A stretch of 64,000 nt of DNA from Callorhinchus milii (lineage: Eukaryota), in contig NW_024704742.1 of NCBI RefSeq assembly GCF_018977255.1, forward strand, positions 73,844,001 to 73,908,000, written 5' to 3'. A model generated the notes under the pieces. The model was not told the DNA's origin and ran no database searches. It saw only the letters and a program-made list of their open reading frames with translations. A program made the position numbers and the translations under genes. Below, in pieces: positions 10,701 through 23,032 of this stretch (positions within the stretch are counted from its first letter, which is position 1; every line of letters starts with the position of its first letter).

Positions 10701-12085
10701 TGTTGGGAAAGGTGTAGCACTATTTTCTTTTGATGAGTGTAAAATACAATTGGCATATTCAAAAGATGTTTGCAGTTTTATACTGAAGGAAATGGGAGTT
10801 GAGGGTTGACTCAAATTTTATTCAGAGAACTGACAAGACATCTTTAATACTTATACTATATTAAAATTTAGAGAATGTAAACGAAATTGTTTTATTTGTG
10901 TTAGAATCTGTGCTTGTGAATTATCTGTAGTCTGGATGGAGCGAGTTTGGTGTTTCTGTTGCTGCATTCTTATTTCTGTTTGATTTCTGATCAATAAATT
11001 CTGATGAACTGTTGGGGCTTTCAACCTCAGAAAAATGCTATTTTGTGTGGTCAGCCGGGTGTTTTGACACATGTGGAAACCCATCACCATGCTTAAGAGT
11101 ATCCAAACCAAGCTGAAATTTCTATCCCACGTACATATGGAAATCCCAGAGGTAGATTGTTGGAATGGAATGTGCAAATGATGTACGAATGTGTGTTGGG
11201 GTACTGCTGGAGTCTAACCAGCTAAAAACACAGCATTGAAAGCACTGCCTGGCAAGCTTTCTTGTTAATTGTCCAGCTGGAAACATTCTACCCATTAGGG
11301 CTTTGGCTTGCGGGATTAAGGGGATCTGAGTGGGAATAATCTGACATCTGAACTGTTCACGAACTCGGACTCCAGGTAACGCTTTCCAGTAGCTGTCATC
11401 CTAAGCCTCAGCGTTTCCTCATCAGCTATCTGATAGACATCTGCCTTCAGGGTGTCGGAGGACCTTCACAGGACAGCTTGGGATGTGCCAACCATCTTGA
11501 GGTCCAAGTCCAATGCCATGTACCAGGTTTACTCAGCACCAATTGCTTGATCCAGGTAAGGGCCTTTGGCTTCACATACACCCCCACTGTGAAGCCAACT
11601 CTGTCTCCACGGGGCCTAGTGACCGGTCAGTGCAGGCCGGAGCGCTCCCTCCCTGTGGTCGCTTCCCATGTTTGCCACTAATCCACCTCACTGCTTGATC
11701 CTAGATTTTGCAAATGCTCCACCTTCACCAATGTCCAAGCAAAAGTTTGAGTCCCTACCCCAGTGACTGGTCTGCCCTTCCAAATCCTGTGAATGAGCCA
11801 GACAGTGCCCTGGAATATTGTGGACCCACCTGGCTCAGAAACCAGATCCACAGCGACTGTCGCAGAGGGCTGGCTCAATTCCAACATCCTGTTGTCACAT
11901 TGGAGGCAGTGGAACTACCAAGTAGATTTTGCTTACCCTTCCCCCCCACCCCCCCACACCCCAGGAGGATAGATACTAGTTGGACTTTTGACATTGGACA
12001 AACAGATTTGAGCCTCACTAAGTGGATGACATGTACAAGGTGAAATATCTATAACTTCGATCCACGTATTACAGCGTGGGTGGAT

Positions 12086-12443
12086 AATAATAATAATCCT
12101 TGAATTTGATATAGCGCCTTATCAGGTCTTCGAGATGTCTCAAAGCCCTTTGTAGAATATACTGTAAAATTAATGGACTATATTTTTGGGGTGAAATGCA
12201 GCAGCCCATTGTGCACAGCAGTGTCCCACAAACAGTCGTGGATTGAGTGACCAATTTATTTTTAAGGCATTGTTACCTTCAGAAAAGAGATCTGCCAATC
12301 GACTAACAACCGGGTTGTAACTTACTGCTAGGTAAATAAAGGCGTGTGGAGTAAGGAAAATCGCCCAACATTTCGCCCTGCCGGGAATCAAACTCAGGTC
12401 TCTCACTTGCAGGGTGAGTTCTTTAATCCTAAAATACAGGACT
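12086..12443 (-). mobile_element. tRNA-headed SINE, long form
   Basis: Tail, Deu-like body, extra internal segment (ctagcagtaag...) and head. Confidence 0.85.
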
Positions 12444-14379
12444 GCACGGGCACCAGGTGAAATATCTATTATGACATCGATCCACCAATTAAAGCGTGGG
12501 TGGATCCTGAAATAACACACAACTACAATAGTTGTGACGATGTAATAGCCTGAAAGTTGTATTTAAATGGTTTGGTTGCCTCCTGATCTGGATAGTGTTG
12601 TAAACCAACTTTGCATTTCTACTGCAATGAAGGCTCTACCTGCTCTTTAACCGCCAGTCTGTTTCACAGCACTGTAAAACTTGCCTTACAATTGAGTTAA
12701 AATTACTTTGCCCTGTTGTCCTTGACATATTGGTTCACCTTATCTTGCTGAGTGAAGAGAGCTTTCAGTCAGAACAATCTTATTCCACGAAGTGTTGAAG
12801 TCACACTACATTTAGCAGCTAATATTTTGTTAGCTGTGCCAGCAAACACTGCAGAGGGCTGCTTGATAGAGAGAAGGATGCTGCAGTATGTGAAAGCAAT
12901 GCTGACCTTGGGCAGTCTTTGGGACAAACAATTTTCATATGAGATTTTCCAGTCAATAACCTAGTGTGATTACCTAACAGCCTTTCAAAATTTGAGTTTC
13001 TCACAGGGGCACCTGATTGCAGATATTGCAGTACTGAGATAAATTGTTTGATAATGTCATTCATTAGTTTTCTAGCTTTCTCCTCACACAGTGTGATACA
13101 TGAGTTTGTATCTGTGAGTTCTACACCCTGGCGGGGGAGGGGAAGAGAAGAAAAATGTGCTTCACAGGGAGGGGAACAAATCAGATGATAAATAATCAAC
13201 ATTGCATTTGATGTAGCATCATTGCAGTGTCTCATAGTGCTTCACGGGAAATGGCTGTCAAGTATTGACCGTATTAGGCTAACGCGGTGATAAGGCAATG
13301 TGCCACAGAAATGCTTCACAAAGAACAATTTTATGTGGAGAATTGAAAGCCACATGAAGCTGAGCTCCGGCTTTCTGCATCTGCCTTCGCGATAGTTTCA
13401 TCTCAACATGATATGTGGACAGCAGGAAACAGCCAGCATTGCCAGAATCAGTCAAAATGGATATTGGCACCCTTCTGGGATTGGGAAGGCTTTGTGAATA
13501 ACTATTCTCGCTAATTGTTGATGAGCACAAGTCTATTACTTGGCAGCCACACTGTGTGTAGCGTTTTACTGAACATTAGTTTAGCACCCCATTGTGAAAC
13601 CACTATTCTCCAAATTGAACTTTGGGTTAAAGTGGCACAGGCAGCTCTTCAATTTTGATTAATCTTTTATTTTTCTCCTTTACTTCAAGATTTCTTACTC
13701 CCATTTCCTCTTCCATTGGCTCTGGTACGTCTGGTCATTATTCATGTGAAGACCTTGACAGTGAGGGTTGATAGGTTATTTGACTCCAAGGACATCAATG
13801 TTGGTCCCGATCCCGTCCAACCACATAGTGGGCTCTTTGGGTAGTGGTCAACAGCAGGAACACTGTTTAATATGTCCCTGCATAACCCAGAGGTTCTGGG
13901 GCCAATGAGATCAGATAACTCCAAATTACCATTGCCCGGTTCAGTGTTGCATCAGGCAGTGCTTTCACAATTTACACCACTGGTGGAGCTGTAAGAGATT
14001 TCTTTAAAAAAGGAATACATGTTGCTAACTAATGTAGTATGCTTTCCATTCCGGACACTGGAATATTTCCATGTGTGGGAAACTCTGGATCTCTGGATAT
14101 GTGGAACTCTGGTTTCAATAGTTTCAAAAATATGGTGATGGGTGTGTGCATGTGTCAGATCAGACAAAATAACCGCCAAAAACCAAAATGCCAAAAGCTT
14201 CCATTCTTGGAATATATTTATTACTCTTGATTGTATATAAATTTACAATATCAGAACCATAAATACTGGGTTATCAAAGCAGTGCAAATTGGCTGTGATA
14301 GTCTCAACTAAAGCAGTTTATGTTGCATAAATTAAAGCTTAAAACATGTATAGGAACAGATGGAGATTGAGATTCTAAA

Positions 14380-14956
14380 TCATATAAATCATACAAATCA
14401 TTGGAGAGACAGTACTTAGAGTACTCAATACAGTTCTAGTCCCCGCAGTACAAAAAGGATATTGGAGAAATTGAAAAGATTCAGGGGAGGGTAACCAAAA
14501 TGATTGAGGGAATGGAAGGACTGGACTATGAGGAGCGACTAAGTAAATTGGGCATGTTCACACTGGAAAAGAGAAGATTGAGAGGTGACATGATTGTTCT
14601 CTTTAAGATTCTAAAGGGGCAAAACAATATAGATCACAACAGGCTGTTTGAACTTGTCCAGAATAGTAAAACCAGAGAACAGGGCCTGCGAATGAAGAGG
14701 GTAAATTCAGGATAAATCTACGGAAACACTATTTCAGTGAGCGAATAGTGAACTTGTGGAACAGGCTCCCTCGGGATATGGTTGAAGCAGGGAATTTTGA
14801 TTATTTCAAACACAGATTAGATAGTTTTCTTTTAGGAAATAACATTATAGTACATAGATAGTTTGGGACGTATGTGCATGCGACTGGCAGGAAGATGGAA
14901 GGCGAACTAGATGGACCTTGGTCTTTTTTCATCTGGCATTTCTTATGTTCTTATGA
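14380..14956 (+). mobile_element. CR1 LINE 3' fragment
   Basis: YEERLSKLGMFTLEKRRLRGDMI motif; (TTCTTATG)n tail. Confidence 0.9.
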
Positions 14957-15659
14957 GATTCACAAATATTCCAAAGGATAGAAAGAAAATGTTCTAAGCT
15001 GCTCAGGCCAAGTGTACATGCCTGCGTGCGCATCTGTCTGTGTGTGTGTTTCTGTCTGTGTGTGTGTGTGTCTATCTTAGGAAGGTAGCAGGCCAGGATT
15101 GAACAGTGGAGAGGATAAATATTACGGAGATTTTGTTTGAGTACGACTCAGGATGTTTTCCCCTAGGAGATGGTGGTGTGAAATCCATGATTGATCCTGC
15201 ATGATTTGAGCAAGGAGCAGGCTTGAGGAACCAACCAGTTTCATGCTTCATTCACTTATCTTGTGTTTACATACTCAGCCACTGAGTGGTGCTATTACCT
15301 CTTTGTCAGCTGCTATACAGGAGCAGTAAGTGATGGAGATGTGCACCTTGTACCACAATCTAACTAGTCACTGAAACAGTAGTAGTTTAAGCTGTGGCTG
15401 AAAGAGACACAAACACTTTCAGAGCCTATTGAAAATGACGAAACACAACTAATTATTTTCAATCCGCAGCTTTTATAGAAGCCTCAACCAATTGGCAGAT
15501 TGACGTGAAGGCCAGAGTGTGAAAAAGAAATGTGCTTTATAAAACAATCCAAAATAGGCTGCTCTGTTACTCTACAGTTCTCTTACCAATCAATGTATTG
15601 TAGCTGAATCAAATGCATCAGTCTCCTGCTACGAGCATAGCTCAATGTGGCTGTGAAAG

Positions 15660-15787
15660 GCAAAATACTGCTGATGCTGGAAATTTGAAATAAAACAGAA
15701 GTCACTGGGAACATGCAGCAGGTCAGGCAGCATCGATGGAGACAAGAAAGTGATTCAACGTTTCAGGTCAATGACTTTTCATCAAAG
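15660..15787 (-). mobile_element. Penelope-like terminal-repeat remnant with a decayed hammerhead motif
   Basis: Minus strand TTGATGA-AAAGTC-ATT-GACCT-GAAACGTT followed by gatgctgcctgacctgctg...ccagcatc. Confidence 0.6.
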
Positions 15788-15809
15788 TGGCTGCAATCTG
15801 TTTTGTGTT

Positions 15810-16178
15810 CAAATCCCTTCGCTCCCTGGCACCTCCCTACCTCTCCGACCTCCTCGCTCCCCAATCCACCACCGGGCGCCTCCGCTCAACTGGCACCGGC
15901 CTCCTGCTCATCCCTCACACACTCCACCCCACCATCGTAGGTCGCGCTTTCAGCTACTACACCCCGAAACTCTGGAACACTCTCCATCAGTCTCTCCCCC
16001 TTGCCCCCTCCCCTTTTTCAAGTCTCGACTGAAAACCCTCCTCTTCGACAATGCTTACAGCCACAACCCCCCCCCCCCCCATTCCCAGCTCGGAGTCAGG
16101 CTCTGCCACTGTTAAGCGCTCTGAGATGCTACCCTGCATGGAGGGCGCTGTATAAGTGCAAGTTGTTGTTGTGTTGTT
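15810..16178 (+). mobile_element. L2 3' fragment (second tail variant)
   Basis: LAPPYLSDLL...GRAFSYYTPKLWN; tail gagatgctaccctgcatggagggcgctg..(gtt)n. Confidence 0.88.
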
Positions 16179-16297
16179 GATGTGGCCATATTATCCTTTG
16201 GGACCTGAAGAAGTGCTGTTGATTTTGAGGAACAGGTTTCCCATCAGTCACAATAGGATACATAGAGAACTTACCTGTAGGCTATCACAGGGCTCTG

Positions 16298-18141
16298 ACA
16301 ACATACGAAAAATAGAGGACCAAGAAGAAAATGTTAGCGAGCCACTTAGGGAGATTAACATTAGTAAAGAGATGTTTCTAGGTAAATTGTCGGGTTTTAA
16401 AACCGATAAATCCCCTGGACCGGATGGCCTGCATCCGAGAGTTTTAAAGGAGGTGGCTACTGAGATAGTGGATGGCATGTCTATAATCTTCCAAAAGTCT
16501 GTGGATACTGGAAAAGTTCCCATTGATTGGAAGATTGCAAACATAACTCCACTATTTAAGAAGGGTGGGAGAGAAAATAGGGAAAACTATAGACCAGTTA
16601 GTTTGACGTCAGTTGTAGGGAAAATTCTTGAGTCCTTAATAAAAGACGTAGTTATGGGATACCTGGAAGACCATAAAAAGATTAGGCAGAGTCAACATGG
16701 TTTTACAAAAGGGAAGTCATGCTTGACTAACCTTTTAGAATTTTTTGAGGATGTATCCAGCAGGTTGGATAAGGGGGAACCAATAGATGTGGTATATTTG
16801 GATTTTAGGAAGGCATTTGACAAGGTGCCACACAAAAGGCTGTTACTCAAGATCAAGGCCCACGGGATTACTGGGAAAATATTAACATGGATAGAAGAGT
16901 GGTTATCGGGTAGAAAGCAGAGAGTAGTGATAAACGGATCATTCTCGAATTGGCAGGATGTGACTAGTGGAGTGCCACAAGGATCAACAACAACAACAAC
17001 AAGATTCTATTTATTGAGCGCCTTTCACGTCGGGAGGATGTCCCAAGGCACTGTACAGTTGGGTCAGGACCCGAGCAGTGGGGAAATGGTCAGGGTGAGG
17101 GGAGGGAAGGGAGAGAGCGAGGAGGGGGTAGAGAGTGCTTGGGCCTCAGCTATTTACCATTTACATCAATGATCTGGACGAGGACATTGAATGTAATGTG
17201 TCTAAATTTGCGGATGATACGAAACTAGGTACAGAGTGAGCTCTCAGGATGATGCAAAAAGATTGCAACAAGATATAGATAGGCCTGGGGAGTGGGCAAG
17301 TAGGTGCAGATGGAATTCAATGTTAGCAAGTGTGAAATTATTCACCTTGGTAGCAAGAATAAAAGAACAGATTATTTTCTGGAAGGGGAGAAGTTAGATA
17401 GTGTTAGTATTCAAAGGGATTTGGGTGTCCTTGGACACCAGTCCCAAAAAGTTAGTTTGCAGGTGCAGCAAGCAACTAAGAAGGCGAACGGCATGTTAGC
17501 GTTCATTTCGAAAGGTTTAGAATATAAGAGTAGGGAAGTTTTGATGCAACTGTATAGGGCTTTGGTGAGACTGCACCTGGAGTATTGTGTGCAGTTTTGG
17601 TCCTTATTTAAAAAAGGACATACTTGCCCTAGAGGGAGTGCAGCGTAGATTCACTCGGTTAGTTCCTGGGATGAGGGGACTGACCTATGAGGATAGGCTG
17701 AATAAACTAGGGCTGTATTCTCTAGAGTACAGAAGAATTAGGGGAGATCTTATTGAAACTTATAAGATTCTTAAAGAGCTGAATAAAGTAGACACAGAGG
17801 GACTGTTTCCCCTGGTAGGAGAATCTATAACCAGGGGTCACAGTCTTAAAATTAAGGGTCAGCCTTTTAGAACAGAGTTGAGGAAACATTTCTTCACTCA
17901 GAGGGTAGTGAACTTATGGAATTCACTACCCCAGAAGGCTGTAGATGCTCAGTCCTTGAACATTTTCAAGGTTGAGACTGATAGATTTTTAAAAAATAGA
18001 GGGATTAGGGGATATGGGGATAGGGCAGGTAATCAGAGTTAGGTGAGAAGATTAGCCATGATCTTATTGAATGGCGGAGCAGGCACGAAGGGCCGAATGG
18101 CCTACTCCTGCTCCTAATTCTTATGTTCTTATGTTCTTATG
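16298..18141 (+). mobile_element. 5'-truncated CR1 LINE (RT ORF2 with frameshifts), interrupted by an L2 insert
   Basis: KSPGPDGLHPRVLKE, NYRPVSLTS, QHGF, YLDFRKAFDKVPH, GVPQGS|VLGP and KFADDTKL motifs; (TTCTTATG)n tail. Confidence 0.96.
16987..17134 (-). mobile_element. L2 3' tail fragment inserted into the CR1 RT
   Basis: (CAA)n plus the L2 tail stem-loop splits the codons GGA TCA | GTG CTT GGG CCT. Confidence 0.9.
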
Positions 18142-18479
18142 AGGAACATGTGGGCATTTTATCAACATCGCCTCAACCTTCAGATTGGGTTAGTCTGAGC
18201 ACAAATCCAGGCCACTGTTATTTTACAGATTGTATAGTTTTAGAAACATTTTGATTAAGTTACGTGCTGGGAAAATGCATTGCTTTCCCATTTCATCACC
18301 AGTGTCAGCTCTGTACTCCTGCAGGTCAGATATGGAGTAAAAATCCTCCAACAGTGAACTTTAGTTACAAGAAAGTATACTAACCACATACCTGAAGGTC
18401 AATGTAGGTTAAATAAGCAATATAAAAACATGCATAAGATGTTTGATTTATAGTTTTAAAAATCCTTAAATTTGATATC

Positions 18480-18825
18480 ATACCTACAACATCAAAATGC
18501 TCCACAGTTTATTGTAAAATGTAGTTTTGTATTTTAGGCAAACGTAGCAACCAATTTTCATATGTGAATGTCCCACAAACAGCTCTGAAGTAAATGGACA
18601 ATTTTATTCGGGGGATTGTTGGCCAGGACACCAGGAGAAACTCCCTTCTCGTTTTGAATACTGCTACCTGAACAAGCAGACGGATTTCGGTTTAATGTTT
18701 CATCTGAAGGACACCTACAGCTCTACCACAGCACTACAATGGAGTGTAAATCACGACTGTGAACTCAAAGTCCGATGTGGGGCTTGAACCCACAACCTTA
18801 TGACTCAGAAGCTAAGCCAGGCTGA
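18480..18825 (-). mobile_element. Old DeuSINE-type SINE
   Basis: gattgttggccaggacaccaggaga...agccaggctga. Confidence 0.78.
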
Positions 18826-19269
18826 CGCCTAACTGTATAAACAGAATTTTGTGAATGGGTGGGACTGGTTTCCAGGTTGTAAGGTGCAATGGAACATTCC
18901 CACAACACTCTCTGCTTGTTTCAGATGACAACACAAAACTCTGAACGCAAGCAAAAGGACTTTGCATCAGAATTGTGTGCAATAAAAAGGCCTGTTATAG
19001 CAATTTAAATAATTTATAACATCCAAGGAATAATAAAATAGAATTGAATCTTTTGAAAGATGTTTTTCCTTTACATTCACAGGACTGCAGATTCCATCCT
19101 ATACTAACTGAACATTTCCTGGACAAGATGAGGAATGGAATGACATGGGAAAGGTTTCAGGTCCTGCAAAGGGTGGTTCAGAAATTAGGAGATAGGTTAA
19201 AGGGCAGGCAGGACCTCAATAGTAGTGATCTCAGTCTTACTCCCTATGTTTATAGAAATAAAATAAATA

Positions 19270-19465
19270 AAATAATAATCCTTGCATTTGATATAGCGCC
19301 TTATTGCATCTTCTAGACGTCTCAAAGCGCTTCACAGAATATACTGTAAAGTGAATTGACTGTATATTTGTGGGCGAAACGCGGCAGCCAATTGCGCACA
19401 GCCGTGTCCCACAAACAGTCGTGGATTGAGTGACCAAATTATTACTTTTTTTAAGGATTATTATC
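19270..19465 (-). mobile_element. 5'-truncated SINE
   Basis: Same body and tail family as 119-431. Confidence 0.85.
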
Positions 19466-21029
19466 CCTGAAAAATAATAAAATGTGGGAATTAAATGCTT
19501 TCAAAGCTTCAGTTTTTGCAAAGTATTCCAGTAATCGCACTAACACAAGATCCTCTAACCTCTGCCTTAATCTCCCAGTGACAATTCACAGTTTATTCCC
19601 TCTCATTACTTATGTATATGCAGAACTACAATAATTAGCAGACATGGCAGTACAGATGCCAATACTCGTAGTGAGGATCAGGTCACAGCCTTGGTGGTTG
19701 TGCCTCAAGGGTTCTCTAAATCCTCAGATGAGACTGTGTTGATAGGGCTGGGGTTTGAAATCTCACCTTGATGAAGCTAGAGGAAGGGGGTAATGAGTTG
19801 GATCAACTAATTCCATTCAGGCGCTTCTCATTATCAGGCCTTTCAATGGCAACGACATTTGGCCCGTGTTTTTTCAGGAACTTTAAAGTCCATGCAAAAC
19901 AGCTTATCAAGAGCAGAAGCAATACCACTTCTTTACCATAGCCTTGTCAGAGAGTCAGCTACTGGCTGCTACACAGAAAATTCAAACGCTGCATCAGGAA
20001 ATGTCTTCATTGATTAAGTTACTAACATGTAATTTATTAAATTAATAGTTAATCTATTAACAAGGTTTATTGTAACCATCACTTCCACAAGGCAAGTTAC
20101 CACATTGATGTTCCCAACATTCCCAACAAGTGAAGCAGCTTGTGAAGAGCCTGCAGTATCACGGTGGGGCATTTCTCACTTATCAATCACCCTCTTTGCT
20201 AACCCACTAGGTAGCTTTCACTTTACAACAAAGCATAAGTTTCCCTTTCCTCTGAGCATAAAAACAATGTGTGTGTATATGGTGCGTGCCTGGATGAGTG
20301 TATACCCACCTAAACTACCTGCTGGCCCTCCCTCCCCCCTGTCCTAACCTGTTACGTACCTTCCCCAGTGGCTGACGTGAGTAACTATATAACGTTTCTG
20401 AATTAGTTTCAGGTCAGAACAGGACGATTGAGCCGGTTATGTTGTTGTTATTGTTGTCACAGTTTGATTTCATTCAAACCACTTGTTCAGGTGGATATTA
20501 AAGATCCCATAGCATTATTCGAAAAGTGAAGTTTCTCCCAGTGTCCTGGCCAACAATCCCCAAAATAAAATTGGTCGCTCACTCCATCACTGTTTGTGGG
20601 ACATTGCTGTGTGCAACTGGCTGCCACATTTCATCCACTAAATACACAATCAATACACTAATATCCTGTAATATCCTGTGAAGCACTTTGACATGATAAG
20701 GTGCTATATGAACTGTAAGGATTGTTATATTATTCATTTATTATTATATGATTTCCATATCAAAGCTGTGGAAGCTTTGCATCCACCGATTCAGGTACTG
20801 AAGGTTACTAGGATATAAGGTAACTTTCATTTTACAACAAAGTATAAGTTTCGTTTTCCCTGAATGTGAAACGGGCGGGTGGGTGGGTGTGCTTAAACTG
20901 CCTGCTGGCTCTTCCTGTTACGTTCCCACCGTAGTCAAAGTCACAGTCAAAGAGGAGGATCTTGAGATGGGCCTTGAAAGAGGCGAGAGAGGGGTCAAGG
21001 CTGAGGGGAGAACCACTCTAGATTCCCAG

Positions 21030-21341
21030 TAATAATAATAATCCTTGCATTTGATATAGCGCTTTTTCACATCTTCTAGATGTCTCAAAGCGCTTCACAG
21101 AATATATTGTAAAGTGAATTGACTGTATATTTGTAGGCAAAATGCGGCAGCCAATTGCGCACAGCAGTGTCCCACAAACAGTCTTGGATTGAAGTGACCA
21201 ATTTATTATTGAATTTTTTCTTGAGGGATTATTATCAGGCGTGTGGAGTAAGAAAACTTGCCCAAGGTTTCGCCTGCCGGGAATCAAACCCAGGTCTCTC
21301 GCATGTGAGGCGAGCACTCTAACCACCGAGCCACAGGACTA
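21030..21341 (-). mobile_element. tRNA-headed SINE, short form
   Basis: Complete from head to tail. Confidence 0.88.
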
Positions 21342-21469
21342 CAGATGAGTTTCTCATCTGTAGGGACTTGTTGAAGAAGAATAGAAATTGACTTGGCTGT
21401 GTCACCTCAATTAGGTCATATTGGCTGTTTACATTCACACCTGAAGGCCAGGGACTCAAAGCTGACGAT

Positions 21470-22126
21470 ATGCTCCCTCTTGGTGACATCATCCGCAGAC
21501 ATGGGGTCAACTTCCAGGCCGCCGAAACCCTCATACTTTCATTACATTGAGACTTGACTATACAAGTTCACTGCTCACCAGCTTCCCCAACTCCTCCCTC
21601 CACAGGCTGCAGATCATCCAGAACTCTGCAGCCCGTGTCCTCTCCCGCACCAGGCTCCGCCATCACCCCCATCCTTGCCCAAGTCCACTGGCTTTCCATC
21701 ACCAGAGGATACAGTTCAAGACCTGGTCCTCACCTTCAAAGCCCTCCACGGTCTTGCTCCCCCCTACCTCTCTGACCTTCTAACCCCCTACTATCCTGTT
21801 CGGTCCCTCCACTCAGTGGGCTCCGGCCTGCTTTATGTCCCCCGCTTTGCTCGCCCCACTATTGGCGGACAGGCCTTCCGCCACTCTGCACTTACCCTCT
21901 AGAACTCCATCCCGCAGTCCCTCCGTCTCGCCCCCTCCCTCGCCACCTTCAAGACCCATCTCAAGACCCTCCTCTTCGACAGTACTTTCAATCTCCCTGC
22001 TTCCCCCCCTGCCCTCCCCCCCTTCCCCACCCAGACCCCCACCTCGGGTCCATAACTCTGTCTGTCCAGCACCTTGGGACGTCCTCCTGACGTGAAAGGC
22101 GCTATACAAATGTAATGTTGTTGTTA
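21470..22126 (+). mobile_element. L2 3' fragment with an internal deletion
   Basis: RLDY...RLQIIQNSAARVL...ALHGLAPPYLSDLL; L2 tail. Confidence 0.9.
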
Positions 22127-22682
22127 TCCCAGTGAGAGTGAGGATCTTCAAAGAGGATGAGAGAAAGAGGGACAAAACTACAAAGCCAGAAAAACAATCC
22201 AGTTTATTTTGCAAGAATGTCAGTCATACATCATGGGTTTCAAGAATGTAAGCAGGGTTTAAGACAATATTTAATTATCGGTTCTGAAACAGTAAATGTA
22301 ACTTTTGGTTACATTTGCATGATTTGCCATTGATTTGATATTCAAAAAAAGGCTGTTTTGTTTGTGCCAACTGGTGGATTGCTTACAGGCCTTTTTCTCC
22401 TCTTTGCCAATTTTCCAAATTCACAATTATTCATGTTGCAACTACTACAAAGTAGTCAATTCCCTGTATTATCAAACAGCCACAATTACCACAATTAGTG
22501 CAGCAAATCCTGTTTGTGAATATCACAACAATCTTACAATCAATTTTGTGAAGCACTTAACAATGTCTCTCTGACGTGAATGGTGCTATACCAAATGTAA
22601 GGATTATTATTCTCCTAAAATAAACCTCAAACTGGTCATTGATCATATGACTCTGTCCACTGGAGTGTGACATCTAAATAAG

Positions 22683-23032
22683 TGGGGAGAAATTCCACCT
22701 GGGTCTAGATTTCCTATAGTTAACGTAACATTTTAGAATGTCAAGAATCTAGAAATTATTTAATTCCAACTTTACTTCGATGGCAGTTTTCCTGTCGTTT
22801 TTTTGGTTAGCCAGGTGTCTGACACGTGTGGAAGCCCATGACCACGCATAAGGGTATCCAAACCAAACAGAGGTGCATCCCACCTTCAGATAAAAAATTC
22901 CATTACTGTAGCACTTTAAAAGAAGTTACAGAAAACCAACTTCACAATTAAGACTGTGTTTAAGAATTTACTGAATTCTGTACACTCTGAAATGCTACAT
23001 AAATAGAGTAAAACCAGGTGAAATTTCTCACC
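22683..23032. mobile_element. Palindromic MITE-like element
   Basis: Terminal inverted match ggggagaaattccacctgg / ccaggtgaaatttctcacc (17/19); related arms elsewhere in the window. Confidence 0.6.

Noticed and set aside
16156..17172. 338-aa ORF as a host gene
   Set aside because: It is a truncated CR1 RT with a non-ATG start in flanking repeat and a C-terminus read through an L2 insert.
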